From positions 1 through 64,000 of the forward strand of contig MU619258.1 in assembly GCA_025201805.1 (NCBI GenBank): 64,000 nucleotides of DNA, read 5' to 3'. A model generated the notes under the pieces. That model had not been told where the DNA came from. It searched no databases and saw only the letters and a list, made by a program, of their open reading frames with translations. The stretch is from Parasitella parasitica NRRL 2501 (lineage: Eukaryota > Fungi > Mucoromycota). Within the stretch, counting starts at the first letter, position 1. Each line of letters opens with the position of its first letter. This document shows, in pieces, positions 1 through 9,402 of this stretch. The translations under genes were made by a program, and so were the position numbers.

Positions 1-293
1 CTCAAATGTCAAGGTGCAAACAAACTATTTGATATGTTACATCAGCTCATATTCTTGGATCAATCTCAACAATGAAACATATCAAACCAATTGACAATGA
101 TAACACGGTGTATTTTCTATTCGTTCATCAACAGTGACAACATACTATCACATTAATCTTTTGGTTATTACAGCTACCATCTCAGTTGTAGTAAATAATT
201 GAAGATATACTGTAAATACCCTGTATTTATATCATAATAAACGATATACTTCTTTTATTGTTCGGATACAGTTGAAAGCTGTGAATTATTACA
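1..293 (+). mobile_element. Probable 3' part of an LTR abutting the truncated viral RdRP
   Basis: TATA-like (TATTTATA ~224), AATAAA (~236) and terminus ...ATTATTACA at 293, the same layout as the TSD-flanked LTRs nearby. The left end lies outside the window. Confidence 0.35.
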
Positions 294-302
294 AGTCTCT
301 TT

Positions 303-1896
303 TTATTGTATTGAAATATCTGAAATATACATCAGCGATGAATTTTCGAAAGTAGTCGGTGCGACACCAGATTTTTGTTGGAACATGTAAAAGAGTTTGA
401 GACCTGCTTTGCTTGCGCGGACGTTATTTCCAATCTGACCGTTAGCCCAGCGTGTCAACAACCTCTTATCCATGCCGAGTTCTAGGAACCACGACATCAT
501 CAACTTGAAAACCATCATTTGCTGGGATTTATCAAATTTTGAGAAATCGTTCTCCAAAAAGACTCGGCGGGACGTAGCTTTGTCGTATACGTTCAAATGG
601 TCCTGTATGTCAGACATCGTTTTGGACGTGTTGAACATCACGTTTGGTTTGAGGATCTGCTGCATTCGGTCAAACAAGGCGCAATAAACTGGTGAGAAAA
701 CCATATTACTCTCCTTGCTATGGTAGACGACTGTCTGTGAAGCAGTATACTCTTTAGCGGCTGCCAACTCCATCTTCGGTTTCGCTTCAGCTTTAACAAA
801 GGCATCATAGACGTCGAGGACTGTTTCTGCATCAGTAAACTTGGAGTTTTCGATGCGACGAATTTGTGCTTCAGTCAAGCAGTTGATACGTTCTGCGATA
901 TCATCTTCGTTTATAGCGACCGGGTACTTCCGGAATTCAGCCGTCATCTTCTGGGCCTCGGGGATGCAAAAATTTTTGTATGCTCGGCCTAGTGTCTGAC
1001 GCCAGACCACGTTAAATCTTGAGCGGTTTCCAATGGTGGAACATTGCATTGTCGTTTCTGGAATGCTATAAGAGTTTCACGCGTAGTCTGCTGTCTTTTA
1101 AGTCCACAAGCAGTACGCAAGTTTGATTCAAAACCTGTAAAACTCTTCGGGGCATCCAGCTTTGAACGTTGGATCTTCAAGAAAGTAGTCTGCGCGTTCG
1201 TCACCACGTTTGCGTAATGCACGTGTATAGCGTCGAACTCACTGTCCACCAAAGAAACCCCAGCTAAAGTGCGGTCATACGCGGATTGTAAAACCTGCAC
1301 CGGACACTTTTCCTTCGCAACGGGCAAACTGGTAGTAGCATCCATAGCTGTAGACTGTAGCAACGGTTCGTGACCTGGACGCTCGAAGTGTTTAGTGGCC
1401 ACAGATAAAGCCAGAGTGTCGTCGCTGATACGTCTGAGTAGGTTGAATGCAGGGGTCGTAGTTTCTATGTTTAAATCGGGATGAACACGAACACTAGGGG
1501 TAATGTAGGTTTCCGATGGTTCAAGACGGTCTATCGCAACTGTCGTACATCTCGCGGCGACTGAGGTAGTTTGGGAAAGGCGGGACGGGAGAAGGTAGGA
1601 GGGGGAGCGGTAGGAGATGATACTACTTGGCATGGTACACGAGGCACCTCGGACGCTACGGACGGTTTAGTCAAAGTATCATCCATAGCATCTCTCAAAA
1701 GGTGTTCTATCGAAATTGCATCGCAGCCTTCGTTATGGAGTGAGTGATCAATTGAAGAACCAGCACCATTACTGTTGCTGCGAATGACGCAACCGTTACA
1801 ACGGGCTGTTGAGTAACAAGTGTAACCGCGGCGTTTTTCCAGGATAACCGGAGGAGAACTGTAGGTCCGGTTCGTGTTGGTAGGTTGGGCGATCAT
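303..1896 (-). pseudogene. Endogenous viral element, 3' part: linker plus RdRP_2-type (alpha/virga-like) RNA-dependent RNA polymerase, frameshifted twice and truncated after motif B
   Basis: LQSAYD..., SNLRTACGLKRQQTTRETLIAFQKRQCNVP (cf. tobamovirus [28 protein letters not shown]), QTVVYHSKESNMVFSPV, motif A LENDFSKFDKSQ (~522-557) and motif B QQKSGVAPTTFENS (~343-380). No GDD. ORFs 1531-1896, 989-1633 and 303-1049 each require a -1 shift to join. No introns evident. Confidence 0.93.
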
Positions 1897-1898
1897 GG

Positions 1899-2308
1899 TG
1901 ATCTGCCATAATTATAGACAGAAGATCATGACAATGTACTTCAATTGAAGATTGAAGATTGTCCAATGATGTGATGTGATACGCTTGTGTAAATTGGAGA
2001 ATAAAGTCTCTGTTTCAAATCAAGAAGGTTATTCCTGTAAGTAACACAGATCTGAGCACCAGGATAAAGGTTAAGGCTCTGTCAGATCAAAGACGTGTAG
2101 CCCTTGCTATATAACCTCATATCGTACCCTGTCAAGTAGATTGTCACTGTGAATTAGTCTTGTCAATTAGTAATCTAAATAAGTCACCATAAATTTATGT
2201 AGTTGTAAAAAGTATAAATAGCAGATGCAATTTCGATCTTAAATAAAGTATCTTTAGTTTTCGTATCTCGTTAACCTTTGGTTTTTTTATTATCTTTTTG
2301 ATCCAACA
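1899..2308 (+). mobile_element. Solo LTR (410 bp) inserted in the viral replicase
   Basis: TG...CA ends, perfect 5-bp TSD CATGG (1894-1898 and 2309-2313), TATAAATA at ~2213 followed by AATAAA at ~2242. Near-identical inverted copy at 8775-9402. Confidence 0.92.
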
Positions 2309-4762
2309 CATGGGACGTTTCGAATCCTTCTGAACTGGGCGGAACACGATCCCAACTGGGCGTGGATTCGGGACGACGGTCGCTGAGTTCACCGGTAAGT
2401 TCTGCGGAGGCGCGCCGTCTGGGGTGGTCGGATTCGCGGTTAGAACGTCCACTGTCTGTGCAACGGAAGGTTCCTGCCGTGTTTGCACGGGCAACGCAGT
2501 TTGGGTCGATACGAGTGTGTTAGTTGGCATAGTTTCCTGAGAAGAGTCTGATCGTTCGGAATCAGACGAAACGGACCCTTCACGTGAATGGTAGGAAGGT
2601 GGTGGTGGGTTGCAATCAGAGCAAGTGGTCCTGGCGTAGTCAGTGTGTAAGACGGGTTGCATACACGACTTGCAGGCTCTGTGTGCTGCAGAAGCGGATA
2701 GGATGTTTGTGGTGAATATTACCAAACGTTGAGCGGCTGGCAAGGTAGACGGATTTGTGACTACAGTGGGCGTTGATTCTTTGTACCGACGGAGCATTCC
2801 TTTGAGTATGAAATCTGGGTTGGACCGGAACTCATTGTCGACTTCTTCTTGGAAGAAATCAAGAGCGTCCATACGGAGTACGGTCTCAGCGTGGTCACGC
2901 TTAAGGACTAGCGGATCCATAGCCGTCGGAGTAATACCCGGAGGTTTGGATAAGGCGTTCCTGGACTTGTAATCAGACACTATAGTCGAGTTGTTAGCGA
3001 CGCGACGCATACCAGACAACATGTCGTTGAAGAAATCACGTACGGACGTAAATCCTGAAGTAAGACATGAAGAGGTCGTCGGTTCATCGCCAATGATAAG
3101 GTAACTAGGTGCAACTGTGATTTCCACGTTGAAGTCTAGGTCTGGCGTCTTGTGTAGGAACTTGACGAAAGCATCGTAGATCAGATTGATCGGTCCGTTG
3201 CGAGCGACGTACAAGACTTTAAGTCCGTGGTGAAGGACGAAGCGCAGGAAAGCGGAAGGTAAGAACCTTTTGGAAGCAGCAAGGCGATCTTTGAATTGAC
3301 TAGACATTATCGCTGCGGTAATTCCTTGTTCGTACACAGTGTAATAGTGATTGTAATAAAGGGCGGTGGCCAGTGCCATCTGATCTTGAGTCGTCATCAT
3401 CTGTTTAGCTTGACGGGAAACACCATCTACGATAAATTGCGAGTCTCGATTGTAGATGTGGCGGAAAACGTCTTTGAGGGCGAGACGTTCCTGGCGACCG
3501 GAAGGACCGACCTTGCGCGAAAAAGAGGAACAGAATTTGCGGGTTTGTCTGACTAATTCCGAGTCGACGACCAAGACGCGGCGGTTGTAAGAGGAGAGGT
3601 CGGCCTGGTTATGGTCGATAGATTTCAGCTCAAGAACATTCACGAGCGTCTTTCCCTTATACATGTTCAACCATAAGGGAAACTGAATAGTTTCGGAAGC
3701 GTCGAAATCTCTCTCGGGTCCAAGATCGACTATTTTAATCAGGTAAGTGTCAGGATACTGTGAATCGACTATCTCTTTGAGGTAGGTATTACCGACCTTA
3801 TCAAGAATGTGTCCCCTGAAATAAGTCTTGGTAATATACTCCGAATAAGCGCGATAATCGTACACCTGATTCCGGTTCACATCGTTCTTGAACACGATTC
3901 GGAGCGTGTTGGCGCTACGATCGATGAAGTACCTGGCATCGTAGGAGTCGATGTAACCCTCATCATTGTAGAGCATCTGAGGCGTGTATATGATCGATAC
4001 ATACGCAATTTTTGCCTCTTTGGTGCGCATGAACTTGGCCATATTCTGAAGACTGAGAAAATTGCCGGCACCGAAGACGGCTACAACAGCTGGGGCCTTC
4101 ACTTGGCAACTGAGGACATTTCCTGTACAGAAATGCAGATCCTTATTCTGCAGGAACGAGACGGCTGCAGGAAATAAGGGTTTTCCTGGGTTACCATCGG
4201 TACCCTTCCGTTTCAAAGAGGCGAGGCGGAAAGCTTCTGAGGCAATACGACGTACGACAGCAATGTCATGAGCAGAGCGTGAAGCCATGCAACAGTGAAC
4301 ATTATGCCGATAGTCCAGGATGTGCACTAGTGGGTTACCGCCGAATTCGACGAAACTGGTAGAGATCGAGCCTGCGAGTTGAAACAATAAATTTTGTGTA
4401 ACACGCAAATCGGCGTCGACGAGGGGAGTATCGGATACCTTTCGGGCGTGCAATTCGAAAGGGACCCCGGGGAACATGCGAATCAATCGACTCTCGTCAT
4501 CGGGAGAAAGACAGGTCTCGATGACAATGTTACGAGCGGATTTAGACATAGATTCACGACATACTACTTCTAGTCTGTCTGTAACACCTTGCCTTACTAC
4601 GTTGTAGATGTGGGACTTAGTGTCTGTAGAGTACCTTGTGACTCGACGGTTGTAACTTTCAGCACTCAGACCGAGGTGAGCAAAAACGCTCTGAACACTG
4701 GGTGGAACCTCTCTGCTATTGTTGCGGGGAGCTTCCGTTGGTTGTTGTTCTGGCCCGTTCAT
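2309..4762 (-). pseudogene. Endogenous viral element, 5' part: alphavirus-like methyltransferase/guanylyltransferase, CxxC-CxxC motif and low-complexity linker (818 codons without a stop)
   Basis: LSPDDESRLIRMFPG...FVEFGGNPLVHILDYRHNVHCCMASRSAHD aligns by eye with tobamovirus VSEEQTLIATRAYPE...[29 protein letters not shown]. Likely viral ATG at 4762, intronless. Confidence 0.88.
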
Positions 4763-4915
4763 TTGAATAGGTGAGATAAGATTGGTTGTTGGTTGTTGTG
4801 AGATGGGATAGTTTGATTTAAGTGGAGTTCTGTGTAGTGGAGTTTTCTGTGGCGTTATTTTATGTAGTTCTATCTGGCGTTGGCTTAGGCTATGGAAACC
4901 TAAGCAGTGTAGTAG
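4763..4915 (-). other. Putative captured viral 5' UTR
   Basis: About 150 nt A/C-rich, G-poor leader (CAA/CAAC repeats) with a 7-bp hairpin GCTTAGG/CCTAAGC (4883-4905), lying between the protease and the viral ATG. Confidence 0.6.
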
Positions 4916-5030
4916 ATTATAAGCTCTTGCAAAATCAATGTCGCAGAAATTGTCCATAGAACCAGAATCAATCAACGCAAATGATTTGATAGTAGATCCA
5001 TTAATGTTGAGAGTAACATCAACAATAATA
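4916..5030 (-). mobile_element. Ty3/gypsy retropepsin (aspartic protease) N-terminal fragment
   Basis: IIVDVTLNINGSTIKSFALIDSGSMDNFCDIDFARAYNL with the catalytic DSG at 4961-4969. It runs into the gap upstream. Confidence 0.88.
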
Positions 5031-5630
5031 NNNNNNNNNNNNNNNNNNNNNNNNNNNNNNNNNNNNNNNNNNNNNNNNNNNNNNNNNNNNNNNNNNNNNN
5101 NNNNNNNNNNNNNNNNNNNNNNNNNNNNNNNNNNNNNNNNNNNNNNNNNNNNNNNNNNNNNNNNNNNNNNNNNNNNNNNNNNNNNNNNNNNNNNNNNNNN
5201 NNNNNNNNNNNNNNNNNNNNNNNNNNNNNNNNNNNNNNNNNNNNNNNNNNNNNNNNNNNNNNNNNNNNNNNNNNNNNNNNNNNNNNNNNNNNNNNNNNNN
5301 NNNNNNNNNNNNNNNNNNNNNNNNNNNNNNNNNNNNNNNNNNNNNNNNNNNNNNNNNNNNNNNNNNNNNNNNNNNNNNNNNNNNNNNNNNNNNNNNNNNN
5401 NNNNNNNNNNNNNNNNNNNNNNNNNNNNNNNNNNNNNNNNNNNNNNNNNNNNNNNNNNNNNNNNNNNNNNNNNNNNNNNNNNNNNNNNNNNNNNNNNNNN
5501 NNNNNNNNNNNNNNNNNNNNNNNNNNNNNNNNNNNNNNNNNNNNNNNNNNNNNNNNNNNNNNNNNNNNNNNNNNNNNNNNNNNNNNNNNNNNNNNNNNNN
5601 NNNNNNNNNNNNNNNNNNNNNNNNNNNNNN
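5031..5630. other. Assembly gap (600 N)
   Basis: Run of N. Confidence 1.
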
Positions 5631-5958
5631 ATAAACAACTCAATAATATTCACACTCACGTAAGATTAGAATAGCTACGATAGAATTATCCTATTGACCT
5701 GATGAATGACCATCTCTAATCAACCCAACAAGTAGTATGATAGTTTACTACTAAGCCAGAACGGCTGATTAGAATTCATAACACAACATATAAAGAATAA
5801 TGGAACGGTTAAGAAATAACGAAACAATTGTCTGCTAGTAAGACGACACTCAAATAATATAAATAGAGATATAAAATAACAGCTTATTGCACATTCAATC
5901 TACTTTCAAAATAAAGAAGGATTTTAATCGTATCTTGCTTTTTTACACTTTTTTTACT
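5631..5958 (+). mobile_element. LTR fragment interrupting the gag C-terminus
   Basis: 5856-5957 is homologous to 8401-8504 (AATATAAATAGAG...AAAATAAAGAAGGA...TTTTACACTTTTT). Gag breaks off where a CCHC knuckle would be expected. Confidence 0.65.
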
Positions 5959-6857
5959 GCGTTTCGCTGCAGCTGCTTTTCAGTTTTAGATAACGGCTTT
6001 CTTCTGTTTGTCTTGTCAAAAGCATCAATTTCCATTGGCCGTACGTCGTCTTTCTCGTCTTCACGGATTGGAGGATTAACATGATGAGGCAAAGGTGCTG
6101 AACGATATGGTACATTAGTTTTAACATAAACGAATCCTTTATGCTGGTCCTTTTTGCTTCTTTTTCCATTCCTCTCTCTGAACAACATATCAAGATGAAC
6201 TACGAGATCTTGATACCCGACTAAAGATGTTGGTACATCAGGGCGGATCATCAATTCATCATGAATTTGGGAATTGATGTTGTTCTTGTATGCCCAAAGC
6301 AGAGCTTGTTCATTAAAATCGGTTAAGCTAGCATATCTTTTGAATTCAGTAGTAAATTCAGCAGCCGTCTTGTTGCCTTGTTTCATTTTCATGACCTTGT
6401 TCTCAGCTTCAGATACCAACGTAACATCGCCAAACATTTTTCTGATGGCAATAGTAAACTGTTGATAATTGGTTGCTATAGGGTCTTGATCAGGGGTTCC
6501 AATTGAATTAATGTAAGGTTAAATCCATTCGAATGCTATTGCGTCCATGAAAGAAGCTGCATAAATTATCTTGGTTTCATCATCATGGAAACGGGATGGG
6601 TTTAACTTGAAAACAATGTTGAGTTGAGTCAAAAATTTTTCCAAACGATTGTATCCGTCCCCATTGTAATTGATGCCGGTAAATGTACGTGGGTCATTTA
6701 CTTTGGGTTCGCGAATAACATTATCGTCTTTGAGCGAGACATTTGACAAAATTTGAGTCAACTGAGTAACCTCATCCTCGGTGAGATTCTTTGCTCCAGT
6801 TTTTCCAAGTTTCGTTTGTAATGCAAGAATATTAAGTTGATTGGTTGCCTTGTTCAA
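5959..6857 (-). pseudogene. Ty3/gypsy Gag (Retrotrans_gag, PEG10/RTL1-like)
   Basis: EPKVNDPRTFTG, FLTQLNIVFKLNPSRFHDDETKIIYAASFMDAIAFEW, MKQGNKTAAEFTTEF and VRPMEID. ORFs 6519-6857 and 5943-6437 are in the same frame, separated by one TAA at 6519-6521. Confidence 0.9.
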
Positions 6858-6970
6858 AAAGGTTGATTTATTGATTTGGATTTTGTTGCAGGGTTTCTGA
6901 TTTTATATATGCAAATCAAGTTTCAGATCAAGTTTTTGAAACAATTAGAACACAGTGAGTGAAAATATAC

Positions 6971-7273
6971 TGTGATGGAGTACAATTATCTAGTAGTAAG
7001 GGTAGAATGATGTACTATGTTAATGGACTATTGGTGTATCTAATTGTCGACATTGCTATCAGGGTTATTACTTACTATATAATATATGTAGATATTATTG
7101 GACAAGAAGTAATTGACAGCAATGCGGCGATGTTTATATGAACTATAAACTTATATGTAAACAACGATCGGTAGTGACAGATCAGGTTTGCAGTGATAAG
7201 GATGATTTATAGATAAGAGATTTTGCTAGTATATGAGAAATGTTTATGGTAATAAACTATAAAAGCTATTACA
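6971..7273. mobile_element. Possible LTR(s) upstream of gag
   Basis: TG...CA bounded AT-rich segment of 303 bp just 5' of gag, with AATAAA near its right end. No TSD, and orientation is ambiguous. Confidence 0.4.
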
Positions 7274-7379
7274 GATATTTTCACTAGCGTTTCAATATCT
7301 GGTAAAGGTTGAACCTATTTATAATAATTGAATGTTTCATGTAAAATGAGACATCATGTAATAATGTGAATCATTACAC

Positions 7380-8774
7380 TTGGGTAGACTGGTTTCACTT
7401 GTATACATAAGCAAGATTACCACTCATTCGGCCTACTATCTTCAAGTCATTCATACGGAGTACTCACGCCTCAGAAATTGTGTTTTACAACATGACATAT
7501 ACATCAAGAGCAAAGATCCTGCAAGCCAAAAGCATGGTGTATACAACTCAAGTAAAATGCATATTTTATATCATTTGACAGAAGACATTACGCGGTTTGG
7601 TTCGGCAATCTTCTACGAAGTAGAGAAAGGGGAACAGTTCAATAAGTTCATCCGTGAAACTCTTTTCCGAACTGTGCTGAAGTGATAGAACTTCCCACAA
7701 AAAGTAATTGAATGTCATCTCTTACGGAACTACCTTAGAGATTCCAAATCAAGCTAATAAACAGATTACCTAAATATCTAACCATGAAACCGCGAAGCAT
7801 TTATAAAAAAGAAATCGAACTACAAACCACATTTGGAACGCATAGACCAATGTAAGTGTTATAGATCAGTATAAACTGATCATCACATAAAAAGAATCTC
7901 CGTAAATAGTACCAATATGAACTTCAAATTACCCAGGATATTCCACAAAGATTACAATCGTCAAGACCAGGCTAGCATGGATTTAAGAAGACGTAATCCA
8001 ATATCAAGAACAAATAGAAACAACTCCAACACTCGTCAAATCTGCCATTGGTTATCTCTTTATCAATCCTTGCTGCCAAAACGTCCTGGATGAATAATCC
8101 AATATAATTTAGCTTCAAATCCATAATCATTTACCCTTGGAAAACTAGTATAAAAAGATAGTTTTTAATTGAGATTTGATGAGCTTAATCTAAAAAAAAT
8201 AAAGAACAGTTTTAAAAAGTATTTTTTTTTACATATTTTTTACTAGTAATTTCACAGTAAGGACTGGTCCATGCATGTCATTTACAAATGTGTCAGAAAC
8301 ATCGATATTACAATACCGTACTTGATTATGTAAAATCAAATACCGAAAAACCTGACTGACAGTTACGGCATAACTGACAGACAGACCGTTTACAACAACG
8401 AATATAAATAGAGTAGAAATGTCTAACCTTTGCACGTTATCTTATTCCAAAAAATAAAGAAGGAATTAAATTGTATCTATTGTTGTTTTACACTTTTTAT
8501 TACACGAACCAACAGACATAACCCGTCTAGAGATACTGCATTCGCTTTTGGCAAGCGGTTTATGTCCAAGCATGTGTTGACCGGTGGATGTTGGTTGGAT
8601 GATGCTGGTAATTGGAAGAAGGCAACTGACGCAGTTCTAGAAAGCCGTTCAACATTTTTCGTGCATAGTGGAAGAGATTTCGCTGATAACGATGATGGGG
8701 ATGACGAACATGATCTCAAACGTGGCGCTACTGGGTTATTCAGAGACGCTAATGGGGATCTATTTGTTGGTAAA
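7380..8774 (+). pseudogene. Fragment of a fungal CACTA/Plavaka-like transposase, split by an LTR insertion
   Basis: KMHILYHLTEDITRFGSAIFYEVEKGEQFNKFIRETLFRT|NRHNPSRDTAFAF reads continuously once 7673-8504 and one TSD are removed. This matches the KxHxLxHL...RFG...E.FN...R...NR..PSRD signature. Confidence 0.7.
7673..8504 (+). mobile_element. LTR-type insertion (832 bp; solo LTR or deleted element)
   Basis: TG...CA ends, perfect TSD CGAAC (7668-7672 and 8505-8509), TATAAATA at ~8403 and AATAAA at ~8453. Confidence 0.85.
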
Positions 8775-9402
8775 TGTTGGATCAAAAAGATAATAAAAAA
8801 ACCAAATGTTAACGAGATACGAAAACTAAAGATACTTTATTTAAGATCGAAATTGCATCTGCTATTTATACTTTTTACAGCTACATAAATTTATGGTGAC
8901 TTATTTAGATTACTAATTGACAAGACTAATTCACAGTGACAGTCTATACTTGACAGGGTACGTTATGAGGTTATACAACAAGGGCTACACGTCTTTGATC
9001 TGACAGAGCCTTAACCTTTATCCTGGTGCTCAGATCTGTGTGTTATATTAATAACATGGCAAGGTCTCACATCAGGATCTCAGATCAGTCCCAGGGTCTT
9101 ACAGTAAATCATGGGTAGTCATGATTTACATTATGCAGCTAGACAGTAGAACCCTAGTGTAATGAATGTGTATATAATACATCGAGAGATGTATTATGAA
9201 TAAAGGTGTAATTCTTTGGCAGATTTATTTTATCAGACTTTTGACATAACACTGCGTTACTTACAGGAATAACCTTCTTGATTTGAAACAGAGACTTTAT
9301 TCTCCAATTTACACAAGCGTATCACATCACATCATTGGACAATCTTCAATCTTCAATTGAAGTACATTGCCATGATCTCCTGTCTATAATTATGGCAGAT
9401 CA
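8775..9402 (-). mobile_element. Second copy of the 1899-2308 solo LTR (inverted), carrying a nested LTR
   Basis: Reverse complement of 1899-2308 with few substitutions. Flanks GTAAA/ATAAA give a 4/5 TSD match. Confidence 0.9.
9041..9251 (+). mobile_element. Nested solo LTR (211 bp)
   Basis: TGTTAT...ATAACA termini and TSD CTGTG/CTGCG. It is absent from the 1899-2308 copy, which shows the empty site. TATA-like and AATAAA motifs are on +. Confidence 0.88.

Noticed and set aside
1565-1585. CCCAAAC / TTTCCCA as a programmed -1 frameshift into the RdRP
   Set aside because: The heptamers are in the wrong phase relative to the upstream frame. Simple 1-nt deletions (also at ~1012-1016) are more parsimonious.
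2195-5659. 1154-aa ORF as one real protein
   Set aside because: It reads through 600 N. Its start is in LTR-like DNA and its last 38 codons are the solo LTR. It is a composite of protease, UTR, viral ORF and LTR.
1-7273. 1-293 and 6971-7273 as the paired LTRs of the chimeric element
   Set aside because: They share only the terminal 7 bp and a short internal motif. No colinear similarity by eye.
8430-8888. Shared C-terminus (CWIKKIIKKP...) with ORF 2195-5659 as a protein domain
   Set aside because: It is translation of the same LTR sequence, not a domain.
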